Assembly: GCA_965645245.1 (NCBI GenBank)
Contig: OZ287086.1
Span: 434,001-498,000, forward strand
Origin: Massalongia carnosa
Taxonomy: Eukaryota
Direction of reading: 5' to 3'
DNA: 64,000 bases
Made by a program: the position numbers and the translations under genes. Positions 1 to 12,914 of the stretch are shown piece after piece (within the stretch, counting starts at the first letter, position 1; each line of letters begins with the position of its first letter). Under the pieces are notes generated by a model, which saw only the letters and a program-made list of their open reading frames with translations, was not told the DNA's origin and ran no database searches.

Positions 1-2310
1 TAATCAACGACGAAGTTGACGAAATGACAGAACCCCTCGCTGATCATGCAGCACTGTGGTTTCCTGAATACCTTCAACAAGTAGACCTCTCTTCGGCTGA
101 TCCGACCACCAAGACTGCCATTGGAAAGCAACTATTACCATTGTTCACTAGCAACCCACGTATGGAACGATGGTGGAAAGAGGGTTATTTTATTTTGCGT
201 TACCTGCGGCTACGTTTTGAGTTGGCTCAAGGATTCAGCAGTTATTAAAGAACTTACTACCGAGGAGAAAGAATGGATCAAAAGTCTGACTTCCAACACT
301 GATCTCGACGTCGATCTTCTGATGCCTCTTACAAAGTTCCTCGCAAGCAAGTGGCTGCAAAGTACGGATTGGGGCATATACTCCTCCTTTGTATGCGTTC
401 ATACTCATATCATCAAGGTCCGTATCTCAGTCTCCTCTGGCAGATAATCGCTTAGAACTTATGAACAGATTAAAAGTCGTAAGAATCCAGACCTTGTTCA
501 TCGACTTGACAGTGATCCAAACACAATTGATATCAAGCCATCGGACATTTACGAGGCAGCGGAGTGGGCTGCTAAACAGCTAGAAGAAGTAAATCAGCCA
601 AATTATCAGTGGTTGTGCTCTCTAGGCAAAACGTTTGCTGCGTGTGAGTATTGGGAAGATGCGATTCGTCAATACAAGGCTGCTTCAGCTATGACCTCTG
701 AATCTATGAAAGCGGACCTTGGTCTAGCTAAAGCATATATGGGTCAGGAAAAGTGGCAGCTCGCCATTCAAACTCTGATAACGCTAAGTGAAGCATTGCA
801 AGTCGATGCAAGACGAGACGATAATGAATCTCTACTTCCAGATGTCTTCCGCTACCTTGCCAGTTGCTACGAGAAGCTGGGAGAGTACACCAAAGCCATG
901 GAGATCCATCAAAAAAAAAGTTCAGGATCGACCGGATGATTATAAGACCGCCGTCGACATTCCGAGGCTTCAAAACAGGCAGGGCATGTTCACGGAAACA
1001 ATCGAGTTCCTGCAGATGATGAAGACGCATAAAGGCATAGAAATCGGACTCGATAGACTAACTCATTTCTATGTTTGCACCCGACGACACTTATCATGAT
1101 ATCGTTCTCGAGGCTGCGGAAAAGGTCAAATGCCTCGATTTTATCAAGAAAAGCTATGAGATAGCTATCGAGGCCGCAAAAGCGAAGCAGGTATCTGTTA
1201 GTATACCACAAAGACAAGAGATGATAGATGTTCACAACTCGCTTTCGTATTTCTTCGCAGATCTACTATTACATCATCATGTTGACGAAAGCGAAAGGAT
1301 GCGCGCAATCTATATCTGGGAACAAATTGGGAAACCAAGTGATTTTTCAGAATATACGATTTCATATTATCATCTGTTAAATGCCCAAAAACTCTTTGTG
1401 GTGTATTATGAAAGATGAAGGAAGCTGCTCCAGACTCCGAAATCGTTGTCGAAAACATCAACAAGCTAATTCAGCTCTCGATTAATGAAAATTTCAAGAT
1501 GATCTCGTACGATCACCTACTAACGGATTCCAAGATGCTGCTTGGTCGTTATTATCAATCGATCAACCGTAAAGACGAGGCGAAACGTTACTTAAGAGGA
1601 GCTGTTAAAACGGCTCTCGACCTCTTATCAGATGACGATGTCGCCAACGACTGGCAAGGATACAAGATACGGGGACGAACGTTGATATACTTTGGCGACG
1701 ATAGCAATGCACTCGCTGCTCGGTCTTTAATCCTTCCGACCACCGCTAATTCTGAGACCATCGAGTATGGTGTGGAAAACGCAGTTGATGCGGTTTCAGG
1801 CTACGCTTTACAGGGGCCAAGTAGCGAAACGGTCACACGTTCTCAGGCCGACCCTCTTGCGATCAAGCAAGAGTCAATCGCAGCAGATGAGGCCCGTTCA
1901 ACTGGTATTCTCTGTGCATGCGAATTGGAGAATCCCTCCAATGTGGCTGATTTAGGTACTCTCACATCTCCCCCCAAACTGAAGGGACCGATCGGGCTGT
2001 TTTGCAATGGCAGATGTGGCACTGAGTGGACGTGCGCCGACGATATTTATTTTTGCAAAGACTGCCTGGATACCGAATTTGACTTCAACTGCTTGAGGTT
2101 ATTCCAGGACGCTCAACTCTCCAAGAAAAGAGTGCAACCCCAAGCACGAGTTTCTCCATGTGCCCAAATTCGACATGGAGGAAGCCAGAAGAGTGGGCAA
2201 AGAGAGGGTCAGTAGATGGGGAGATTGTGTTGATTACGGAATAGTTGAGGGGGATTAGGAAGGACTGGGGGCTTTTAGTGGAAACGGATAATACGAAAAT
2301 CAGTAATTAG
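1..2310 (+). pseudogene. C-terminal part of a fungal NACHT-TPR NLR-like gene with a C-terminal Cys-rich (ZZ-like) zinc finger; disrupted
   Basis: Consecutive + ORF fragments (24, 121, 613, 788, 1071, 1415) join into TPR-like helices (LGKTFAACEYWEDAIRQYKAA; YLASCYEKLGEYTKAMEIH), ALDLLSDDDVANDWQGY and CNGRC..FCKDCLD..C..CNPKHEFLHVP. Several frameshifts (one at the A-run 911-919) and a W->stop near 2242. The NACHT domain itself would lie upstream of the window. Confidence 0.75.
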
Positions 2311-3221
2311 GACGATAGCGATGACAACAAGAGAAATCAGGAAGTATGGTTTGATTTAGGAACGCATCAGCTTGCTAGGGGCTAATGGTGTCGTCATCGT
2401 GACGGTCAACACTCGATGTGTGCTTGCAAAGAAGTCAAGAAGTCGAAAACTCTCTGTTCTTTTCGCTTCGGTTTTTCTATCTTTCTTACTTATCAACACT
2501 TAGCAACATTGTGTTTCGATGATTCTTTCTTTCAAATAATATTTTTTAACATAATCTACCGTTTAGATGAATGAAATAAGTCTTGATACCCGACTTTGTC
2601 ACGGAATCGCTTCGCACCCTCCCGCTTGTCCTGATCGGGTTAGTATTTAACAGGCCCATTGCTGCGAAATCTCACCCATCGTGCTCAGGCGTTCTTCTGC
2701 CGCCCTCAGCGCACTATCAATCTCCTACAATCCGTATCCAATCTCCACGTCTCCACTATCCAGGCTTATGACTGAGAGTGCTTCAGCACAGATAAAGGCG
2801 GGATAGGTCAAAGCAATCATGTTAAGGAAATTAGTGTAGGAACAGAGATGGGGCAAGTCGAGAATAGGAGAGTTGAAAGCCATGGCTATAAAGTCTATGT
2901 GGTTTCCCAGATGTTTAGAGCTCTTCATCGGACGTCTTGTGTATTATTCTCAACTTCTAGTTTTAGCATATCTAGATATCCGTTCTGCAAGATAGAGTCT
3001 TGTATCTCTCCAGCCCTCCCCTGACAGACTTCACATTTACAACGTTTATGAATCTCGCAATTTATTCGATTCGTTATCGTATTCATGCGCGAACGAACGA
3101 ACGAACAAACGAACGAAGCGATGTCATGTCACATTTTATTATCAGGACTTAGCTCAATCGTTAGAATAACAATATACTCGAGGTGTCTGAGTTTCACCGG
3201 ATAGCGTCTGATTGCGCCGAA

Positions 3222-3260
<39 letters not shown>

Positions 3261-3342
3261 GTGATCGGAAACGTCAAGCGAACATCCGCAAGACTTATTC
3301 GATATAATCAGACAATCAAGAGACACAAGACCTCACTTGGTA

Positions 3343-4635
3343 TTACTGAGCATTCCTTAACCTGTCCTTGTCCTTTTTTCTCTCGTCGTAGTTTTTGGCT
3401 TCGTTGTAACCCGCGCCTACCGCGACTACCGGTGCCGCCAGCCCACCTGTCAACACGATCGCAGCGCCACCGGCGACTCCCCAAGCCAGGCGTTTGAGGT
3501 TGCGAGCCTTGGAATTCTTTTTGCCTTGGGTATGAGCGGCTTGGTACTCACGAAGTCCGTCGTCCCAGACTTTGCGTTCGTCGTTGTATTTCTGCTCGAG
3601 GACGGCTTGGCTTTCTTGCAGAATCTTCATTTGTTCGGTCAGTGCTGCTTTTTCCTCGGCCAGAATAGCTTGCATCTCGGGGTTGTTCTCAGCCATGGCT
3701 ACTTCGGCTTCGTGCTTGGCAATCTCAAGCTCCTCTTGCTTCTCTTGGAGTTTCTGGAGTCACGTGTAAGCCGAGGGAAGGGGGGCGAAGGGGGGGGGGT
3801 GGGGGGTGTGCAACAGAAAGGGAACGAGTTCGAGAGATAGATCATTTACCTCGTTCAGGTCCACCTCGACGATGCGTCCAGCAGCTGTGTCCTTGAGCTT
3901 CTTGTGCCCGTTACAGATCTCGTCGGTAAGCTGTGGCGTGCAACCTTTCAGCCCGGCAATGGTCCCTATGATTTCCCAGGCACTGGCCCTGGTGTCTTGG
4001 AACCTCTCCGTCTTGGACCCATTGGCCACCATATATTTCCAGAATTGAGGCTTGGAAAGCAATTCACGCTCGCGAGCTTCGCCGACTTCGTACGGTACGA
4101 GGCCCCACTTCGATGTTATCAGCACGCAATTCTTGAGGCATTGACCACCGACCAGCTGTTGGAACATCTTGAGGTTTTTCAACGCGGAGCCTTTCATTTT
4201 ATTGTCCGTTATTTGATGCATGTAGAGAATTCCGGACAGGGGGGGAGCATTGGTCTGCCTGTAGACGGTGGCTAGAAAATGGGCGATGCCAGACAAGATC
4301 TCGGCATCGTTTTTACTGCTATCATCGAAGCCGGGTGTATCAACTAGATGGACGAGATAGGGCGGCATGGCTACCTGGTATGTGGCTACTTCGGAAGTAC
4401 CTTATTCGATGACTCTCAGAAACGATAAGCTAGAAGATGCATGTCGACGTACAAGACTCCAGTCCATCCCCAGTTTCAACCTTCTGACCTGTCGCCTTTT
4501 CGATGAAATAAGATTTGCCAACTCCTAAGACGCAATCTCGGTCAGCTTGAACCGCTTGGAAACATTGATTGAGAGCATACCTGTCACGCCCATAACAGCG
4601 ATGACGATAGGCTGAAGTTGATTCTTGTTTGCCAT
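3343..4635 (-). CDS. AIG1/GIMAP-like P-loop GTPase with C-terminal coiled coil and hydrophobic segment; 4 exons
   Basis: ATG at 4635 (MANKNQLQPIVIAVMGVT). Introns ~4525-4580, ~4401-4452 and ~3755-3849 give G1 GVTGVGKS, G2 SCT, G3 LVDTPGFDD, GILYMHQI and ITSKW. Then a coiled coil and LAWGVAGGAAIVLTGGLAAPVVAVGAG. Confidence 0.85.
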
Positions 4636-5544
4636 TTTGCGTCCTGTTGCTATGATTTCTCTTGACTTTTATCACTGGTAACACAAATGGTTTTTGGAGG
4701 CAGAGCCAAGTGCTCGTATATGTACAATCTCGTCAGCCTTAGAACATGGTGCAAGGCTATCTGTGGCTGGGAGCGAGCAGGTGGTATCAAGTCGGATTCC
4801 GTTAGTTAGAGGATACATGCAGGCGGACGTGGGCCAAACCAAAAAGGTACAAGGTGTCAAGCCTTCGATTTTGTGTCCCGGCATACGATTCGATCGATTC
4901 TCAATTCTCTGGTTCTAGTGCTCTCATGTTTTGCTGTGGCTTCTCTCTTTTCTGTATCATTCGTCAAATCGATCAGCCTTTCGTGTTTCTTCAGCTTTAA
5001 GCATTTTCCTTCGCTTATGTGTACGGTGCCACGGTGCCTTGCAGGCTCAGCCGAGCCTGTTCGCCCAGACAGCAGAGTTTTGCGCCCTGCTTGCTGTGCT
5101 GATTAAGCCGCTAATCTTGTAGTCAAGTGCAATGTGACGGGCGATCGATAATTCAAATACTATTTCAATTATATATGAGCTGAGCTGTGTCCTACAAAGA
5201 CTTGATAACAAAAACTAACTAGATGTCGCAGAAAAGAAGAACATGACGTTTTCTCAAATGATTGCGCAGCCTTGTTGGCAATAAATCCTCGTACAGAATC
5301 CGAAGCCGAGATACGTACGAGTGTCCCTTTCGCTGTCGAAATAACAGTTAACGGAAATCAAGATTAAGTTCTTATTATCGATATCATGTACATTGCTTAG
5401 TAATTGCTTTCATTAGTCTAGAAAGATAAAATAACAAGTAAATTCTTCAAGTATTTTACAAGCGTTCAAATGATCAAGTAAACTCAACAATAAAACACCT
5501 CACCTTACCAACTTCCGCAGAGCTTCAGCAGGTAGGAGCCTCGA

Positions 5545-6771
5545 TTACACATTTTCCGCTGATTCCCTCAAGACATCCAAGAAGTTGTCCATCCCGGGCC
5601 CCTGATAGTCAGCGCTCACCACCCGCCTCTTTCCATATAACCATTGATAAGTCAACTGGACCGGCCGTTCCAAGGAATTCACTCGGCGGCTGTCCGATCG
5701 CAGACGGCCGTCACCGGGTCTTCGCTCCTCAGAGCCAGGCAGGGCCGGATATTCGGCCAACTTGGAGAACACCACGCGCGACCACCCGTCGGCTTGGTGC
5801 TCCTGGAGCGCGAATACCAATAGGCTCGCCAGGCATGGAAGATTGCCCTTCATCAGTTTCAGGACTGTGGCCCACGTGCCACCACCCTTAATCGCTACGC
5901 ACCGCAGGAAAAGCGCACGAAGAGTGTTGTGGCTTTGGAGGAGGAATTCAACGATTGTTTCCGCGGTCACGACCGCAGATTCTAGACTGAACGCTTGAAG
6001 CCATCGGAAGTGATGCGCGGAATTCAGGCGTTCCGTGAAGCCACTGGTGCGGTTGGGATATTCGGAATAGAATCTCAACGACAACTCTCGAAGTCTGGGA
6101 GCGTTCGAGATGAGATCCAGTACCCAGTCGTATTGGTCGCATGTTATTCTATTATTGAGAATGAGCGCTTCGAGATGTGCCCAGGAGGCGATGAATTGGG
6201 GCTGGCGACATGATGCCGTCAGTAGCCGCTTCGTGTCTAATCTGCCTGTGCTACCCATCATGCTTTCTATCTTGAATGATCGTATAGCGAGGCTAGTATC
6301 TGCGATGAGAGAGAAGATGATCCCCACCGCATCGCCGGGTGTCAGGAAATCCATCTCCTCACGCTGTCGGACTTCGTCGTACCCGTCAATGCAAAACGAA
6401 CTGCACTGGACCAGCTTGTTGACAAGTATATCTCGCAGCAAGTCAGCGCCAATCAGTGGATGTGCCAAGTGGCCCAAAGGGTGCCGAGGCCATTGGAACC
6501 CATGCCCAAGAGCGCCATCAAAGTGCGTTATGCGTAGATCTTTGACATATTGTGCGAGGTTCTCTGATTCTGAAATATCATGTAGCCTCTGCAGACTCTT
6601 CGGAGTTAGGTCCGTCCGAACGATGGCAAAGTATGTGCGAACAAAGTCGTGCAGAGTTTTCCTGCTTAGCTCTCGACAAACAAGACGTAGCGCGAATAGG
6701 TTGGTGGGCTCCAAATTGTTCATAAGGAGCCGAAGAATCTCGACCGGTAGGGAGGGGAGTCTGGAAGACAT
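5545..6771 (-). CDS. F-box domain protein (N-terminal F-box, LRR-like C-terminus)
   Basis: Intact 408-aa ORF beginning LPSLPVEILRLLMNNLEPTNLFALRLVCREL; later LRELSLRF / LRALFLRCV repeats. Confidence 0.8.
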   Translation of the reverse strand: MSSRLPSLPVEILRLLMNNLEPTNLFALRLVCRELSRKTLHDFVRTYFAIVRTDLTPKSLQRLHDISESENLAQYVKDLRITHFDGALGHGFQWPRHPLGHLAHPLIGADLLRDILVNKLVQCSSFCIDGYDEVRQREEMDFLTPGDAVGIIFSLIADTSLAIRSFKIESMMGSTGRLDTKRLLTASCRQPQFIASWAHLEALILNNRITCDQYDWVLDLISNAPRLRELSLRFYSEYPNRTSGFTERLNSAHHFRWLQAFSLESAVVTAETIVEFLLQSHNTLRALFLRCVAIKGGGTWATVLKLMKGNLPCLASLLVFALQEHQADGWSRVVFSKLAEYPALPGSEERRPGDGRLRSDSRRVNSLERPVQLTYQWLYGKRRVVSADYQGPGMDNFLDVLRESAENV

Positions 6772-9448
6772 GTCTCTAGTGCTGGAATCTGACGATTGTG
6801 CAGGTTTAATGTCTCTTGCTGAATGGATGTGTAAAGGGTAGGTTAGGAAGATTTATGTCATAAAATCCTCATTACTTTGGCGAGGTCTCAAGACGACTTT
6901 CGAAGTGTAAACAAATCAAAATTTTGCAAGCGAAGCAACGCGGTCTCAGGCGATTCAGGCAGATTAGTCAATATTAGAAGAACTGTCGCCGACGTGTTGT
7001 GAATGTGAATTCGAGACCTACATCGTTCGGATATCAAAAAGACTTGACAGTAAATACGAAATTGATGTTGCGCTAAGTGCAAGTTGTAATCGAACAGTGG
7101 ATAAGCCTCGCATCGAATATTCTATTGCGCCGGACCTTCTCTTCTCCGTTATTATGCAATTTGATATTGTTGAGAACTTCATTGTAATTAAGCATAAATG
7201 ATTGAGATTCGACGTATTGTACATCATTAATAATTCTCGTCTTGATATGTGTGCAAATGATGACGTATCATACACGCTGAAAATTATGTTTAGACCTTTC
7301 TCGATACAGCCACGCGGGCCGTTTACCCCACCAAATTTTGCATGCATTCCCTTGAATCAATCGCAATTGATTTTTTCTCAAAATCGATTAATTACAATTG
7401 ATTATTTATTTATTTTATTTATTTATTTTATAAACGGTTTAGCGTGGCTCTATCGGGGATCGCGCCCGAGCGTGGTGCGCTTGCCGCTTGAGTCCAACAT
7501 CACCTCTTGAATATTTAAGTAGGCTCCCTCCCCTCGCTGTTTTTTCAACTTCGTTCAACCTCTCTCTCATCTGTTCTGCTCGGACCGCTTCTGCTTGACT
7601 GCTGCCTGATCCTCTCCTTCCTCTACGGCGTGTCTCAGCCGTTCTATTCGGGCCTTTCGCTAGCTTGCGTGATAGTCGAGTGTCTTCTCCCACGATCCTT
7701 GATCCAGCTAGCCAAGCAAGTTCATTCATGCAATTACGGACCAATCATATATCAACAATGTCTGGTCTGATGCGCTTCAATAATGTCTGAATCCGCCGAC
7801 GAGACCGGGCTGTTGTTAACGCCTGTCTAATGCACTTCGTCTTCTTCACTTGTCTCAACTCATCGCATTTCGTGGGATCTAGGCCTCGCCGGCGATTAGC
7901 CTTGGGCTCGAATTCAAGCCTCCTTTTTTGTCGATCCTCGGACAGGTCATAGCATTGGTTGATGCGAGATGCACTTAGTTACCTCTTTGTTTCAGCTCCA
8001 TCTGGGGCTCACCGACAATATTGTCAATTCATCGCGACGATTGGACAGCTAATCGGCGATCCCTAGATCAATGAGAGCGGGTAATGCAATCGATGACGCG
8101 GCCGTTCTCGTATTCAGCAGTGTACATTCGACAAGGACGGAAATTGCCAATGCGCGCAGGTGCCGCATGAGCAATCGGATGAAAGTAGAGATTTTTGAAT
8201 CAGCTGCAGCAGCATCATTCAACTAATGAACCGGCGAGGGGGACAATTGTATCGTTTCGATCATGATAGCTTGACGCCGGCGAATTGGATGCCCTGTGTT
8301 CTCGCTTCAACTGCTCCTCTGGTTGATACGGAAACCAGTTTACAAGGTATCACGAAAGAGACCCGCCACAACGAGGCAAGGCAGTTTTCGTTAATCCAGT
8401 GCATTAGGAGATTAAGGTGGCAACAGTGCGGCATGGCGATTAGGAGGAACCCTACGTACTGCCTGGATTTGGACACAGCTGCAGTCGTGGGAAAGATTAT
8501 AATATCCAAGACAATGGGGCAGGCTATATATGATCATCCCCTGTGGCCGGAAATGCAATATGCAGGCTCTAGGCTCAAGCACAAGGCGGATTTTCTCTAT
8601 CGCAGTGAGAATACGCGCCTTGAAGGAGGTTCTGAAATGTGCCTTGCCAAGAGCGATTTGATGGCATACCATAATTCACAATAAACTCCGCCATAGAACT
8701 GACGATCGCCTTGTTAATATCAATACGAGTATCGTGAGGCCTAATGCCAATCTTGGGCATTGTTTTCTCCAACCTTTCCGGGTTTCGAATCGATGAATCA
8801 TGGCGAAGTGTTGGAGTTGCCTTTTCTTCTTGAAAAAAGGCGTAGTGCGGTGTCAGTTAATGATGGCCGTATGGGTAATTCTAGCGGAAGTAGCGGAGCT
8901 AATTTTCTAGACTTCAAGGTCACTCATATCAATCCTGCGATCGGACCGATTGGCGACATGACAACGGCATGATTTCAGCCATGAATGCGCGGCTAGTGTC
9001 ACGCTAGTCTCTCGTAACTCTTGCTTCTCAGCTTTCGCCAATTTCAGCAGATAGTTGACTTTTCGGAGTCATTCAAGGCGGGAAGGAAGATTACGGCGAG
9101 CCAGGGAGATCAGCAGGCCGCCAGCTACTATCTATATAAACATCCAGCTTTATCGAAATCCCCCCTTCAAAATCGTTAAAGCATTGTCATTATTCCAGCA
9201 GTTAATTATTTCGAATTGTCGGGCGTATCCATCTTGACTTCCGTTTCATCATGGATTCCATCATCTTTTATCAACCTACTTCCACGATAGCCGCAACCTC
9301 CATCGACGAATCCACTCGCTCATCCTATGCTCCTACCATGACCGATTGTTTTAACAATAAGTGATACTCGGCGACAGTACAATGCAACGAGTTCAACATA
9401 CTCCTGAACGATATTTTGGATAAACGCGAATTGCTAGAAGTTCTAGAC

Positions 9449-10908
9449 ATGACAACTCTGAACGAGGAAGATCCATCCCCCCTTCAGTATCAGACGTCTG
9501 AAGACAATAACGTCGAGGCTCAAGGTATGTTCACATATCAACGACTCTATTTCAGTATCTGACGAGTATAGAGGATTCAGTTGTGACTGAGAACAGTCAT
9601 GGAAATAATGTCGACAATGATAGCGACACCGATTTTCCTTCTGTTGAGAAGGTTTTTTCCTTCATGAAGCAAAAAGCGATTTCAACGGAAACTTATTCAA
9701 GTTCCGATCGTACCTTTGGAATCGTTGACACACAAACTCTAGGCGATAGTCTTACTGAATCCAGTGAGTCAAGACTAGGCAATATTGGGGTGAGTATATC
9801 TATTCCTATGATCGCCTACAGATTTCTTACTCACAGTGCTTAGAGCAACCCATCGAGCTGAACGATCTTCATGACGCTGGGTGCGGGGTTGGGTGCGGTC
9901 ATTCTCATGCCGACGATACAGGCGTGAAGATGAGCGGAGCTGCTTCTCCTCAAATCTCAGAAGTTGAAACAAAGGATGGCACCAGCTTTGACTTAAGACT
10001 TTTTGGACCCCCTTTCTATTCGTGAAGCATCCGGAGATGATGATGGCAGCAGAGATAGCGAGAATAATGAGTGCCTATCGTCCCCCGAACTAGGAAGTCT
10101 CATCTCTTGCCGCTGCAACTCCATTCCACACTCTTTTAGCCAACTACCGGAAGACGAGATCGACAAATGGATTTGTAAGCATTCTGACTGTAATGATCCG
10201 GGCAAGCAAGCCTGTGATACTATTCTTGACGTTTTGAATGAGGATAGTGGGAATGATGGGAATGGCAAGGACAAGAAAGAGAAGGATGAAGAGGGCGAGA
10301 AAGGTGACAACTATAATAGAGACCACAAGGACGATGACGATGATGGTCCACAACCTGCGAAGCGTCGAAATTTATCTACAACTCTACATCATAGGTCAGA
10401 CTGGGGCAGCATTACACCACCTGAGGCCCAGCCAGAGCGGACTTTATCTTGGAAGTACGGCCACCGCGTCAAACCAATCTCTTCTGCCGGATCCTTCTCC
10501 GATAGCAATGAAGCGACGTTAACCGTGACATCGAGTAGCGTTGCTCCCTTTGAAAGCTTAAAGAAGCATTCTGCACGCGAAATTGGCCTAGACCGAAAAA
10601 CTATAACTGATATTATCACCACCATCCCCTAGCAGCCTCAGAATCAAGGTCATTCCGCACAGCTTGAGGGGCAGGAATGGGAAATCAAGCGGATTGTTGA
10701 CGAACATACAGTAAAGGAGACAGGCACTGGATTGGTGGCAAGATATAGAGTACGCTGGGTCGACTCATGGCTGGCAACAGATGAGCTGGTTAACGCACCG
10801 GAACTGTTACGAAAGTACAAGGCAAGAGGCGGAGCACAACACAGACCCAGGCGAGGCAGACTGACCTGGAGAAAGAATATATATTCGTACGGAATGCATT
10901 GTGTATAG
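9449..10908 (+). pseudogene. Acidic low-complexity protein with C-terminal chromodomain; in-frame TAG at 10630-10632
   Basis: ATG at 9449 and intron donors at ~9525 (gtatgt) and ~9790 (gtgagt). D/E-rich ORF 10003-10632 with an NLS-like PAKRR. Reading through the TAG in frame gives EWEIKRIVDEHTVKETGTGLVARYRVRWVDSWLATDELVNAPELLRKY, a chromodomain-like motif, ending at TAG 10906-10908. Confidence 0.65.
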
Positions 10909-11699
10909 TTAAACTACCTCATAGGGGGGAATCGGTTATATATCAACACTTGATCCGTAGACGCAACAAGGATTTCGCCTTCGTAGGAACGGATAGGCGA
11001 GATCATGACGGCGGAACCTCGGAGCAGGTACATGCGCTGATATTGGTCACTACGATAAGAGTGGTCATCATTGCGATAATGATCACCGCTATGATCAGCT
11101 TTATGGTGGACGCTCGAATCCTGTATATAATAAGGGCTACTTCTGTGAACGAATTCGTCGATCATGATTTTCATTATTGAATCCATGGGATTTGTTCTAG
11201 TTATGGATTTAAGTGAAATACCAGCCTATTGAAATTTCTTCAAGTGACATGATGCTCACTTGTAGCTTAGTCCTTCTGTCATCTTGAAAATCTCCCGTCT
11301 ACCGGCTTAACCTCATTCCATGACGAGAGCCTTGTAAACCAACCCTCATTATGAACACGCAAGAAACGCTCAGATTCTAAACAGGCATTCATAAAGTCTA
11401 AAAGTCGGATCGCCCGAACCCATGTACAAGCCTATAACCAGATAAGATTTCAAAGAAGCTCTTCATTTCTTTTCATTATGTGATCCTTGCCCGTTATTAG
11501 CTCCGCCGGTCGAAGATCTACCGTTGTAGTTGCCGCCGCTACTTGTGCCGCTTTGCCGACCGCCGGACGACACGTTATTTCGATCGCCGGCAGACTGTGC
11601 CCGTGCTGCGAAAGCACCCGAAGACATGTCACCACCGCCTTTGGCCTATCCACGAGATTGTCAACAAATTATGCAAAAAAACAGAAAAGAACTATAGCC

Positions 11700-12330
11700 C
11701 TTATCTGAGACGACTGTACTCGAGACGAATCAGACTTGCTCATTTGATTGGACGGCATGATTTAATATAAAGCTTGTTGAAGAGATATGTGCAGACAGAT
11801 GATGCAAAACAGATGAGAAAGAATTAGCATCTTATCTATTGTGCACTGGGTAGTAAGGGCCTCACCAACAATATTCACATTACATTTACCCCGCACTTGA
11901 ATACTATCAGAGCGAAATACGGGATGCGTTCATCATTTGCTTGAAGGATTATGGCGCAAGAGTTTCGCCCCTCATGTACACAAGCCTGGCCGTCAACGAG
12001 GCGGCGAATCACTCCTCAAACAGCAACTTTGGATGAATCATGTCCCTGCGAGCGCATTATGCAATGAACCCTGATGCCTTTCGGATGCGGGTTACCTTTC
12101 CCCATTCAGCCACCAATCCTCAGAAGAAAAATTAAGGAACTGCTCCCGCTAAACTGGCGGTTTGCTGTGCTGGCATGTTGTCAAGTTGTACTATGTAGAC
12201 TTTTATACCACACACTTTTGGCGTCCACTAGCCAGACATGCCATACCCCGGACTTTGAAGCCAATGTTTACCCCACCCCTTTCAGCGCCGACGCTCGACG
12301 AATGTTTGTCGTTCTTTCCCACTTCCCACT
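11700..12330 (+). pseudogene. Decayed fungal hypothetical gene
   Basis: One frame reads HHLLEGLWRKSF..LWMNHVPASALCNEP*CLSDAGYLSPF..LLCWHVVKLYYVDFYTTHFW with internal stops; function not recognised. Confidence 0.35.
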
Positions 12331-12914
12331 CGATTTTATACTTGTCTGTAATGATAAGTCATGCTATTTTCATGCGCGTATGCCTGCGCTATGATGAGAG
12401 TTGCGAAAATCGACATCAAGTCGAAGACAAGCGATCGATGGTGCCTGTGGGGAGGGGGTCAAGACTTGCTTGTTCAGAGGGGCGGATACGGACCCGGCAA
12501 TGGCTGTTTAGGGAGTTGCCTGGGGGCGGGGTAAGGAATGCAAAGGAGGGGGTGGCATGGCTGACTAGTAGACGCTAAAAGTGTGGCATAAAAGCCTTTG
12601 CCTCCATGTCGTACAAGGCCACCCATTATCACAGCTCGAACCTTTGCTCACGAATCAAGCGCTGTGCGGCGACGACCGAGTACGTGATGGCTTGAATGGA
12701 GTTTGTCCTGTGGTCCAGTGGGAAGTGTTGTGTTGTTAAGGCAAAAATGACTACAAATTATTCCATAGAGATGTGGAGGCTCTTTTATGATTTGAAGGTC
12801 CTCGTTAGCTAGCGGTACGTGACAGCTCTTTTTATGCATCACTATCTCTGCCCCTATTCTCACCAAAAGAGCACACGTTTACTTTTGAGAAAGCACGGCT
12901 GAATATGCATCAGC

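Noticed and set aside
3229..3254. Poly(A) run as a retroposon tail
   Set aside because: No TSD or element body; it lies in the GTPase 3' region near a (GAAC)n microsatellite.
3775..3808. G-rich run as a functional G-quadruplex
   Set aside because: Intronic low-complexity tract with no supporting evidence.
6110..6841. 243-aa plus-strand ORF
   Set aside because: Antisense shadow of the F-box gene with no recognisable motifs.
7400..7490. (TAAA)n tail with an adjacent GC-rich segment as a LINE/SINE 3' end
   Set aside because: Plausible but too short, with no second copy or TSD in the window.
8226..8684. 152-aa ORF as a real gene or captain C-terminus
   Set aside because: No convincing motif; the opposite strand also shows broken frames, so the coding strand cannot be assigned.
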